In this document: one piece after another, positions 26,485 to 34,748 of the stretch
Layout: the number at the start of each line of letters is the position of its first letter
Numbering within the stretch: position 1 is the first letter of the stretch
Origin: an uncultured Gammaproteobacteria bacterium
Lineage (GTDB): Bacteria > Patescibacteriota > Patescibacteriia > UBA9934 > GWF2-40-263
Assembly (NCBI GenBank): GCA_964374035.1
Contig: CAYJWY010000001.1
Coordinates: 1-63,913 of the forward strand
Direction: 5' to 3'
DNA: 63,913 bases
Translations under genes and position numbers: made by a program
Notes under the pieces: generated by a model
The model's database searches: none
What the model saw: only the letters and a program-made list of their open reading frames with translations
What the model was told of the DNA's origin: nothing

Positions 26485-27385
26485 TCGAAATGACTTCGTA
26501 GCCGACAAACGACTCAAATAAATTCTTCTTGTTAAAGAGGTTGATCGAACCTCGAGATAGTGGAGACAGGACAACCTCCAAAATTAGGGGGTTGTTTTCG
26601 TTGGCAAGGATGGTGTAGCGCGCGAAACTGTTTTGGGCCTCGATCGTGCGAACAACAACAGACTTGCCGTTCACGTTTAAGGTAAAGGCGGACCAATCCG
26701 GTCGTGCAACAATCTTGAGAACATCTTCGCGTTTCTCTTGTTCTTTGCTTTGCGTCAGCCAGTTTGCAAGATCTTTTGCGCGATCCGAAAGTGCCTGCGC
26801 GTACGCGAGCGAGTCATCGAACAATCCTAGATTGATTCGCGTTTCGCGTGTTTGTGTCAGCGCTTGATATTGTTTGCGCGTCAGCCAAAGCAGACTGTTT
26901 TTTTGTGTGACTTGTTCGCCCTCAACCCACAGATGTGGGAGTAAGATGTTCGTCGCATCAATGAGCTCGGTTGCACGAATCAAACCGGTCGTTTCTGTTT
27001 TCTGAATGTCCTGCTTGGGCGGCTCTGGAATGGGCGTTCCAACGGGCGTGTGCTTATACTTGGCATCGTAGGCAGAACGCGCGTCGATCGACGCCTGCGT
27101 CTCTTGTTCGCTTGTCATCGACCACGAGAGGTCGATCAACACATCGGCATTCCACGTCCCTGCTTTGACTCGTCGCTCAGTGGAAACACCGCCGAGCAGA
27201 TCAACGACCTGACCACCCAAGCCGAGAAATGTTTCGCGAAGCACGAGTTCATCTCCGGACGAAAAAGAAAGCGAGTCGGTCGCTTTCTGATCGCTGATAC
27301 TCGAGACAACGGACTGCGTACATCCTGCGCCGATCATCACGATCGTCGCGAGCAAGAGGCCGAGTTGTTTCGAGATTGACTGCAT
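26441..27385 (-). CDS. hypothetical lipoprotein
   Basis: A signal peptide with lipobox (LLATIVMIGAGC). No other motif was recognised. Its 3' end overlaps the era 3' end by 44 nt. Confidence 0.5.
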   Translation of the reverse strand: MQSISKQLGLLLATIVMIGAGCTQSVVSSISDQKATDSLSFSSGDELVLRETFLGLGGQVVDLLGGVSTERRVKAGTWNADVLIDLSWSMTSEQETQASIDARSAYDAKYKHTPVGTPIPEPPKQDIQKTETTGLIRATELIDATNILLPHLWVEGEQVTQKNSLLWLTRKQYQALTQTRETRINLGLFDDSLAYAQALSDRAKDLANWLTQSKEQEKREDVLKIVARPDWSAFTLNVNGKSVVVRTIEAQNSFARYTILANENNPLILEVVLSPLSRGSINLFNKKNLFESFVGYEVISITQNVASSARPPQP

Positions 27386-27399
27386 AGGTGCTCACCAAC

Positions 27400-27654
27400 T
27401 TATCGTCCGGCGGCCCAAGCGCGAATCGAATCCTCTTCGGCCGATCCGCAAATAAACTTGCCACTCTTCTCGTTCCAAAAAAACGGAACGCCTCCGCACT
27501 TCCCGTGATCCTTTTCTTCCGCGAGCTTGGCGTTCATTTTATTATTCCAGGTTTCAAGCTTCTCAATCTTCACGCCCTCGCTGATCAATTTGTCCACCGT
27601 TGGCATCACGGTGTGGCAATGGGGACAGCCGTCCCCATAGAAAAAATATAGCAT
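27400..27654 (-). CDS. thioredoxin-fold protein (CPHC)
   Basis: MLYFFYGDGCPHCHTVMPTVDKL is a CxxC redox motif at the position expected in a thioredoxin fold. Confidence 0.6.
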   Translation of the reverse strand: MLYFFYGDGCPHCHTVMPTVDKLISEGVKIEKLETWNNKMNAKLAEEKDHGKCGGVPFFWNEKSGKFICGSAEEDSIRAWAAGR

Positions 27655-27670
27655 ATGGTAGAATTCTAAC

Positions 27671-28261
27671 ATGACAAAACGAATGATCCCAATCCTGGTT
27701 ATCCTCATCGTCTCCGGACTCCTTGTCTGGCAACGTTTTCATATCGCGCCGCAAGTAAAAGCGGTTGTGGTTGCCTCGACAAGCGATAAGTACAACGTTG
27801 GCGATCAACTGCGACGAGGTCAGACGGTATCAACAGGTGATCGCGAATACGTCGCGTTTCAAATCGCCTCTGCACGCATCGGTCTTGCAGAAAAAACTTC
27901 CGTCGAGTTGAAGCGTCTTCTTGAAAACGAACGCATCGTCATCTTCCCTCGCGGCCGCATCGTCCTCGACAATCCCGCGAGCACTCCACTGTTCATCCAT
28001 ACACGCAAGACAGAAAACACCCTCACTCAGGGTAAGGCTACGCTCATCAATTTTGATTTTCTTCGCACACTTCACATCATTCCGCTTGAGCGATCGATTC
28101 AAACTCGACTCGTGGGCACGAATGAATTTTTAGTCTTGCCTCGACCGATCGCTGTGGATGAATCGGGAGCGGGGTCCTACAAAGCCATCGAATTTGACCC
28201 GGCCCAAAACACGGCGAGCGACTTTTATACTTGGTTTGACGCAATCTCCTCCGTCGAGTAA
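27671..28261 (+). CDS. membrane-anchored hypothetical protein (FecR-like beta-rich ectodomain possible)
   Basis: An N-terminal TM helix (IPILVILIVSGLLVW) followed by about 170 aa of beta-rich sequence. Confidence 0.4.
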   Translation: MTKRMIPILVILIVSGLLVWQRFHIAPQVKAVVVASTSDKYNVGDQLRRGQTVSTGDREYVAFQIASARIGLAEKTSVELKRLLENERIVIFPRGRIVLDNPASTPLFIHTRKTENTLTQGKATLINFDFLRTLHIIPLERSIQTRLVGTNEFLVLPRPIAVDESGAGSYKAIEFDPAQNTASDFYTWFDAISSVE

Positions 28262-28271
28262 ATTTCTGTTT

Positions 28272-28439
28272 GAGACCTCTGAAAAACAGCGATCTTTCGT
28301 CTCACGGGCCTTCGCCCGCGATAGCGGGCTTCGGCCCGCGACGGCGGGCACCCGCCGACCCCACTCAAGGTAGTTTTCACTACCTTGAGTGGGGCTCGAC
28401 AGCCCGTTCAACGAAATCTCACCATTTTTCAGAGGTCTC
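28272..28439. repeat. 168-nt multi-hairpin structured element upstream of the HAD-like gene
   Basis: It is closed by the 15-bp stem gagacctctgaaaaa/tttttcagaggtctc. The internal hairpins are gggcc-ttc-gcccgc-gata-gcgggc-ttc-ggccc, ggcggg-cac-ccgcc and ccccactcaaggtag-ttttca-ctaccttgagtgggg. Confidence 0.75.
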
Positions 28440-28459
28440 GTTTGTTCTTACCTTAGGAG

Positions 28460-29350
28460 ATGCTCGTGAATATTCGCATTTACAAGACCGTGGACGAAGC
28501 TCGCGAACTTCTCTCAGGAACCGAAGACCGTATCGTGACGAAACTGCAACCTGCGGAGATCCTCAAGCGCGCGCGCTGGATCAAGGCGGGAGCGTTCGAT
28601 TTCGATCAAAGTCTGGCGATCGGAAACCAGTGGCTTGAAATCGAGTCAATCGTTGGCTCTCACTACATTCAAGGAGAACAGAGTGATCGCGAGTGGTACC
28701 TTGAGCGTGCGCACGCAAATCACACCAACCACAAGGGTCCTATCGAAGACACCGACTGGTTCTTCGAGAAAACGGTTCTCGATAACCGTGCGGCGGTTGA
28801 AGGAGCGTGGGTTGCGCGATCCGTGAAACGCTTCGAGCAACAAGCTGTCATGGATTCAACCTTCGCCCATATCGGCAAACACATGACATTGCGTGACGGT
28901 GCTCGTGACTTGTTTGCACTCTTGGAAAAGCGTTTGGTGATCAGCATGGGTATCGAACAGTTGATTGCCGCCTCGTTGCAACACAATGGGATGAGCGCTG
29001 GCGTGATTGCCACCCGACTGGTGTTCAACAAGGAAAACACCGTCTCCGGCTGTCATCGCAACGTTGTTGTGAGCACCTCCAAGGGAGTCGCCCATCGACG
29101 TTTCGTTGAACTCTCTGAGATGCGGGTGAAACACCACTTGGTTCTGGGCGACTCCTACTTCGACATCCACATGATGCCACAGGGTGCGTTCAATGTGTGG
29201 ATTGTACCGCACAGCGACGTCGACAATGGGCTGGTAAACTATCGTGATGCGCACTTCGAGATCATGCTCGATCGCGCCACCATCGTTCTTTATTCAAACT
29301 CTCTGCTACCGCTGGTCATGTTGATCCGCGAAGCTCGCGCAGGCATGTAA
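28460..29350 (+). CDS. HAD-superfamily hydrolase-like protein
   Basis: FDFDQSL fits the DxDx(T/S) motif I and LGDSYFDIHM fits the GDxxxD motif IV. GTG at 28466 is an alternative start. Confidence 0.5.
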   Translation: MLVNIRIYKTVDEARELLSGTEDRIVTKLQPAEILKRARWIKAGAFDFDQSLAIGNQWLEIESIVGSHYIQGEQSDREWYLERAHANHTNHKGPIEDTDWFFEKTVLDNRAAVEGAWVARSVKRFEQQAVMDSTFAHIGKHMTLRDGARDLFALLEKRLVISMGIEQLIAASLQHNGMSAGVIATRLVFNKENTVSGCHRNVVVSTSKGVAHRRFVELSEMRVKHHLVLGDSYFDIHMMPQGAFNVWIVPHSDVDNGLVNYRDAHFEIMLDRATIVLYSNSLLPLVMLIREARAGM

Positions 29351-29367
29351 GTCGCCTGCTTTTTTTT
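29339..29367 (+). terminator. Rho-independent terminator of the HAD-like gene
   Basis: gcaggc-N9-gcctgc followed by tttttttt. The stop codon lies in the loop. Confidence 0.6.
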
Positions 29368-29394
29368 CCTGCCTGTCTTCGACTCCGAGGTCGC

Positions 29395-29520
29395 TCAGAC
29401 TCGATGAGAGCCTGCTCGCCACTCGTGGCCTTGGTCACCGACGCGCCAAAGCGCTATGGCGACGGCGCGCGAAGTGTGGTCGAAAGCGCACTCCGACATT
29501 CCCCTTCGACAGGCTCAGGG
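29395..29520. repeat. F-family structured repeat, long form
   Basis: gagcctgctcgccactcg...caccgacgcgccaaagcgctatggcgacggcgcgcgaagtgtggtcgaaag...cgacaggctcaggg. It is near-identical to 6121..6200. Confidence 0.85.
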
Positions 29521-29537
29521 AATATTTAGGTGCATGA

Positions 29538-30761
29538 TTAATCGATGATCGCTCCCCCGAGCATGATGTCGCCGTCGTAAAAGACAATCGACTGTCCGGG
29601 CGTGACGGCGCGTTGTGGTTCCAAAAATTCGACTCCGACGCGGTCGCCGTCGATCGCGACGATCGTGCAGTCTTGTACCTCTTGGCGATAACGTATGCGG
29701 GATTGACACCGAAGAAATGTTGACGAATCTGTCCGATCGAACATCTTTGTCAACATTTCTTTATCGAACCAATTTGCCTTCGATGCGGTTAGGCTTTTTT
29801 TGTATAGCGATGGATGGTAGTTACTTGAAACGATCAACTCCTTCGTCTTGGGTCGCTTATCGACCACGTAGTACGGGGCTCCTCCGCCAACGTTCAGTCC
29901 GTGTCGCTGGCCATGTGTGTAAAAATTTATTCCGCGATGCGTTCCAATCACCTTCCCTTCTGTTGTCACGATCGGACCCGGGTCCTCGGAAATGCGCGCG
30001 AGCAGAAACTCACTCATATCGACCTCACCGACGAAGCAGATACCGACGCTGTCTTTTTTCTCGGCGTTGTCGAGTCCGAGCTCGCGAGCCTTCTGCCGAA
30101 CCTCCGGCTTCGTCATCTCTCCGATCGGAAACAAAACGCGATGAATCACAGCTGGATCGATGGCCCACAAGAAATAGGATTGATCTTTATTTGTATCGAC
30201 TCCCTTCAAAATGATTGCGTGCGGTGAGACTGGGGTGTTGTCGGAGGCAACGACGGCGACAGTCCCATCGTCGCCAGGGCTCTGATGGGCAGGCCGGCGG
30301 CTCGGAGACAATACCCCAGTCTCACCACTTCGAACGCGAGCATAATGCCCCGTAGCAATATACGCACACCCAAGCCGATCCGCCTCCTTCACAAACACAT
30401 CAAACTTCACAAACTTGTTACACATCACATCCGGATTTGGTGTGCGACCTTTTTCAAACTCCGCGAACATGTACTCGACCACATCACGGCGATACTCCGT
30501 CTCAAAGTCGAGCGTCAGAAATGGAATGCCCAACTTCGCGGCCACACGCGCGGCAGCACGGCGTTCCTCTTTCCATCCGCATTCTTGAAACTCTTCACCG
30601 ACGTTGTTGGCGTCCTTCGCGCGAGATCCACACACATCGCCAGACCAATTTTTCATGAACGCACCAATCACTTCATACCCAGCCTCCAACAACAAAGCCG
30701 CCGACACACTTGAGTCGACGCCGCCAGACATACCGAGGAGGACTCTAGGTTTGGGAGTCAT
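29538..30761 (-). CDS. mnmA: tRNA 2-thiouridine(34) synthase MnmA, carrying an in-frame repeat insertion
   Basis: GMSGGVDSSVSA (PP-loop), IATGHYAR, KDQSYFLW and DSVGICFVG. An extra 35-aa loop is encoded by repeat H1. Confidence 0.9.
   Translation of the reverse strand: MTPKPRVLLGMSGGVDSSVSAALLLEAGYEVIGAFMKNWSGDVCGSRAKDANNVGEEFQECGWKEERRAAARVAAKLGIPFLTLDFETEYRRDVVEYMFAEFEKGRTPNPDVMCNKFVKFDVFVKEADRLGCAYIATGHYARVRSGETGVLSPSRRPAHQSPGDDGTVAVVASDNTPVSPHAIILKGVDTNKDQSYFLWAIDPAVIHRVLFPIGEMTKPEVRQKARELGLDNAEKKDSVGICFVGEVDMSEFLLARISEDPGPIVTTEGKVIGTHRGINFYTHGQRHGLNVGGGAPYYVVDKRPKTKELIVSSNYHPSLYKKSLTASKANWFDKEMLTKMFDRTDSSTFLRCQSRIRYRQEVQDCTIVAIDGDRVGVEFLEPQRAVTPGQSIVFYDGDIMLGGAIID
30223..30326. repeat. 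H-family element inserted in frame in mnmA
   Basis: The termini are ggtgagactggggt and accccagtctcacc. The core cgacagtcccatcgtcgccagggctctgatgggcaggccggcggctcggagaca is shared with 55335..55442. Confidence 0.85.
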
Positions 30762-32071
30762 AGAAGGGCCTGAAATCTGTTTGCATCTTCGCGATGTACA
30801 AAAAAATCCGTGAATCGAAGTTTCTCGTTATATTTTTTGAGCAGGTCAGAGTACTCGAAAATCGGGATATACGCAATGCTCTTGAGAGTCTTCTTGGCCA
30901 CATAAATCGTCGTTGCTTGCTCAGACGATTGTCCGCTGAATAACGAAAGTCGATTGCTCGCGCTGTGCGTGAACCACTTGATCGAGGCGTTGTTGCACGT
31001 CGACTTCAACAATTGCAACGTTTTAACGTCTTCTGATTTGTCGTCGTGGAGTCTAAGCACGCGCTTGGCCGCGATGCGATGCATGAGATGGTGTGACCAA
31101 TACGACGCGGGATGTTCGGCGGCGGCAAACAATTGCTCGATCACCGCGCCGTCTCTGAGTTTTGTATACGCGTAGGGATCCGTTGGGATGTGCAGGGTAA
31201 TTTCCTTCGATCTCATCGCTTCTTCCAGGTAATGCGTGAAGCCGGCTTTTGTTTTGTGAAAATAAACCTGATCGATCATGTGATAACGCGCAAGCAACAT
31301 ATCCTCAAGCGCACGCACGCCATTTTCTGAAATCGTTAACAACAATTCACGGTCGCGCTCAGCAAGCGACAACGAGGAGATCAACCAATCAAGATCGTAC
31401 TGTCCGTAAGCGACGCCACAAAAATAGCTGTCACGCAAAAGATAATCCATGCGATCGCAATCGACCTCGCCGGAGATGTGCGCTTTGAGAATGCTGTGGA
31501 GAAAGGCGAAGCGTTCGTTTGTGAATGTGATCTCGCGATGAATCAGCGCACAGATGTCTTGCGCGAACTGTCGGTCGAAGAGTCCTTGCTCGCTGAGAGT
31601 TTGAATCAACAGAACGCTGTAGTCCTCGTGCACGGCCTGTCGATCAGGTCGAAAATCCGACGAAGTCTTGGCGAGGTTGGATGTTGTTTTCCACCACGAC
31701 CAGTCGAGGGGAAGTTCGTCGACGCGCGGAAAGACGACTTCAGACGCGTGCGAGAACGGGCCGTGGCCGAGATCGTGAAGCAAGCCGGCAATGCGCACGC
31801 GCTGTCGCAGTTGCTCGATCTCGTCGAACGAAAGTCGCTCTTGAACGATCGACGACGATGCAATGATGCGTGCAAAAAGTCGACCCGCAACATGCATGGC
31901 GCCAAGGGCGTGTGAGAAACGGTCGTGGACGGCGCCGGGATAGACGTAGGCTTGCGTGAACCCGAGTTGGGAAATAAAACGAAGGCGCTGTACAAACGGA
32001 TGATCGATGATCGAGCGTTCAAATTCGTTGAACGTGATGCGCTTGTGAATGGGATCGCGAAGTTCATACAT
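30758..32071 (-). CDS. HD-domain phosphohydrolase (dNTP triphosphohydrolase-like)
   Basis: VHDRFSHALGAMHVA...LLHDLGHGPFSH...DCDRMDYLLRDSYFCG. Confidence 0.8.
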   Translation of the reverse strand: MYELRDPIHKRITFNEFERSIIDHPFVQRLRFISQLGFTQAYVYPGAVHDRFSHALGAMHVAGRLFARIIASSSIVQERLSFDEIEQLRQRVRIAGLLHDLGHGPFSHASEVVFPRVDELPLDWSWWKTTSNLAKTSSDFRPDRQAVHEDYSVLLIQTLSEQGLFDRQFAQDICALIHREITFTNERFAFLHSILKAHISGEVDCDRMDYLLRDSYFCGVAYGQYDLDWLISSLSLAERDRELLLTISENGVRALEDMLLARYHMIDQVYFHKTKAGFTHYLEEAMRSKEITLHIPTDPYAYTKLRDGAVIEQLFAAAEHPASYWSHHLMHRIAAKRVLRLHDDKSEDVKTLQLLKSTCNNASIKWFTHSASNRLSLFSGQSSEQATTIYVAKKTLKSIAYIPIFEYSDLLKKYNEKLRFTDFFVHREDANRFQALL

Positions 32072-32099
32072 ACCTGCGCATCATAGCGATCCGATCGTC

Positions 32100-32858
32100 T
32101 CAAAGCAACACAAGAATCAAGACACCCAGAACGACTCGAAGAAGAGCAATTTCCCTGTATGTGTTCTTTTCAAGAAATTTAAGAAAAAGCCGAATCGTAC
32201 CTAGGGCGGTGACAAAGGCCACGACAAAACCCACGATGAGCGCAATTGGATCAATCATGGAAGGACGACGGATAACTTCCACAAGATTGAAAAGCCCGCC
32301 GGCCGCGATTGTTGGAATGCCCAGGAGGAACGAGAACTTCGCAGCCGTTTGGCGTGAGAGTCCGCCGAAAAGTCCTGCGGTAATCGTGATCCCTGAACGT
32401 GATGTTCCGGGAATAAGAGCGATTGCTTGGGCAAGGCCGATCAGCATCGCACGTTTCCAGCCAACCTTCGTGACATCGTCGCTCAAAGGCTTCGCATAGC
32501 GATCCGCGACAAATAAGACAAGGCCCCAGACGACAAACGACCAGCCCACGACCTGAGCGGAACGAAACTCAACGTGTGTCCCGTTCACGAGAATCAATCC
32601 AACCAGAACGGCTGGGATTGTCGCAAAAAAAATCCACCATGCAATCGAACGCCACTGTTTCAACTCAGGCCAAAGCGCGATCACAATCGCTGTGAGTGTC
32701 GCCAGATGGAGCAATGCATCAAAAGCCAAATCTTGAGGCTCCCAGCCCAGCACCTGCGGAACCAGGATAAGAAACCCCGAACTTGAAATCGGTAAAAACT
32801 CGGTCAGACCCTGAACAAAACCGAGGATTGCCGCTTGGAGAATCGGCATACTAATCAA
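32100..32858 (-). CDS. uppP: undecaprenyl-diphosphate phosphatase
   Basis: GLTEFLPISSSGFLIL and PGTSRSGITI are BacA/UppP signatures. Confidence 0.9.
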   Translation of the reverse strand: MISMPILQAAILGFVQGLTEFLPISSSGFLILVPQVLGWEPQDLAFDALLHLATLTAIVIALWPELKQWRSIAWWIFFATIPAVLVGLILVNGTHVEFRSAQVVGWSFVVWGLVLFVADRYAKPLSDDVTKVGWKRAMLIGLAQAIALIPGTSRSGITITAGLFGGLSRQTAAKFSFLLGIPTIAAGGLFNLVEVIRRPSMIDPIALIVGFVVAFVTALGTIRLFLKFLEKNTYREIALLRVVLGVLILVLL

Positions 32859-34746
32859 AACTCACGGTTTGACCCGGCTGGATCGTTCCTGATTTAGGTT
32901 CAGGAGCCTCGGGAATGACGGACGCGGTTGAAGATACTGGCGGTTGAGAACCCTGAGCTGAAGCGGGCTTTGGCTCATGTTCTTTTTTCTTTGTCTGTGG
33001 TTTCTCCATCTGGCTCTTGAGCACAATTTTTAACGGCGGGCGCGGCTGGGTAATGGTTTCGATCCGTTCAACTGGTTTTGTGATCGCAACTGGCTTTGGT
33101 TCCGGTACTTTTAACTCAGTGAGCGAAATCGTTTTGTTCTGTGTTCTTGGCTTTTCAATCATCTTGCCATCAGAAGGTTTTGCTGTTGTTGCACTCTTGG
33201 CAACGGCTAAACCTGGCGAACCAACCTTTGGGGGCACTTTATAATCTTTTTTAGAACCGGCCGACTTTCGCTCCTCACGCACAATCTCAATACAATCTTC
33301 GCAATAGATGGGGCGCGAACGATCAAGCTCAACTGGAAGCACCATGTCTTTATTACAGCGCGAACAGTTGTACTCAAACTTTGGCTTCTTTGAATCCTTG
33401 GATGCTTTCTTTTTTTCCTCCGCTTTCTCAAGCATCTGCGCATCGGAGACGTCCCCCATTCCACTCCACGTCATAATCTTTTCCTCGACCTCACTACGAC
33501 CGACGGCGTAGGCTTTTCGTGAGTTTTCAATCACCTGAGAAGACGAGTGGGTGATTTGCGCAATGGGTGGAAGTGTTGCCGCGGAAAATGGCTGACTCGT
33601 GACACCATCGATCAACAGTTTCAAGTAGATGTTAAATTTGGGAAGGTTGATAATGTCCTCCGGCAAGAAACGTGGCGCAAACTCGGTTTCCATATAGGTA
33701 GCATCCGGCGAACCGACGCGAAACGTGATGATCGTTCCAACGTTACCAAACACCGCCTCGCGCACTTCATCCGTGAGCTGGGCGATGTATTGATGCGCCA
33801 TGGTCAGGCACAAACGATACTTGCGCGCCTCGGACAAAATACCGGCGAAGGATTCCACGGCGAAGTTCTGAAACTCGTCAACGTACAGATAAAAATCTTT
33901 TCGCTCGTTTTCAGGAATATCAACACGTTCCATCGCCGAAAGCTGAATTTTGGTGATCAACAGTCCACCCAACAATCGCGAATTATCTTCTCCGATTCGT
34001 CCCTTGGAAAGATTGACAATGAAGATTTGTTCGTTATCCATAATCTCACGAACACGAATCGTCGATTTCACTTGTGCAACGATGTTACGAATCACGGCGG
34101 CGGACAAAAACTGTCCGATCTTGTTTTGAATCGGCGCCACAGCTTCTTGGGCATATTTTTCGTTGTAGGATGCAAACTCAGACAACCAAAACTGTCGCAC
34201 AACGGGATCTTTCACATTGCTCACAATCTGCTTACGATACTCCGCGTCTGAAAGCATGCGATTGATTCCAAGCAGTGTTTGACCTGGATTTGCCAGCAAC
34301 GCGAGAATGGTATTATTTAAAATGTATTCCATGCGCGACGACCACATATTCTCCCAAATTTTCTTGAAGACACCCATCATTCCGGACGCGACAAGATGTT
34401 GATGACGTTCACTCACGGCTTCAAGGATATTAAACCCGACAGGAAAATCCATGTCCGCCGGATTGAAATAGACGACATCCTTTTGTCGCCAGCTTGGAAT
34501 GAAATCGATGAGTTTTTCGGCTGTATCTCCATGCGGATCAACATAACAACATCCATGCCCGGCGTAGATGTCGGTCAAAATAAAATTCTCGAGCAAGGTT
34601 GTCTTGCCCATACCGGTCTTGCCAATGACGTAAATGTGTCGGCGACGGTCATCGGTCTTGACACCGAACTTTGTCATCGTGTTACGAAAATTCGTCTTGG
34701 CAAAATAGTTGACCTCATGTTCGTGATCGTGGTTGTACAAGGGCAT
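32851..34746 (-). CDS. VirD4/TraD-like (type IV coupling protein-like) P-loop ATPase with a C-terminal zinc ribbon and a Lys/Pro-rich tail
   Basis: Walker A is VIGKTGMGKTT and Walker B is FYLYVDEFQNF. The zinc ribbon is CSRCNKDMVLPVELDRSRPIYCEDC, followed by about 170 aa of low-complexity K/P/E sequence. Confidence 0.7.
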   Translation of the reverse strand: MPLYNHDHEHEVNYFAKTNFRNTMTKFGVKTDDRRRHIYVIGKTGMGKTTLLENFILTDIYAGHGCCYVDPHGDTAEKLIDFIPSWRQKDVVYFNPADMDFPVGFNILEAVSERHQHLVASGMMGVFKKIWENMWSSRMEYILNNTILALLANPGQTLLGINRMLSDAEYRKQIVSNVKDPVVRQFWLSEFASYNEKYAQEAVAPIQNKIGQFLSAAVIRNIVAQVKSTIRVREIMDNEQIFIVNLSKGRIGEDNSRLLGGLLITKIQLSAMERVDIPENERKDFYLYVDEFQNFAVESFAGILSEARKYRLCLTMAHQYIAQLTDEVREAVFGNVGTIITFRVGSPDATYMETEFAPRFLPEDIINLPKFNIYLKLLIDGVTSQPFSAATLPPIAQITHSSSQVIENSRKAYAVGRSEVEEKIMTWSGMGDVSDAQMLEKAEEKKKASKDSKKPKFEYNCSRCNKDMVLPVELDRSRPIYCEDCIEIVREERKSAGSKKDYKVPPKVGSPGLAVAKSATTAKPSDGKMIEKPRTQNKTISLTELKVPEPKPVAITKPVERIETITQPRPPLKIVLKSQMEKPQTKKKEHEPKPASAQGSQPPVSSTASVIPEAPEPKSGTIQPGQTVSFD

Positions 34747-34748
34747 AG

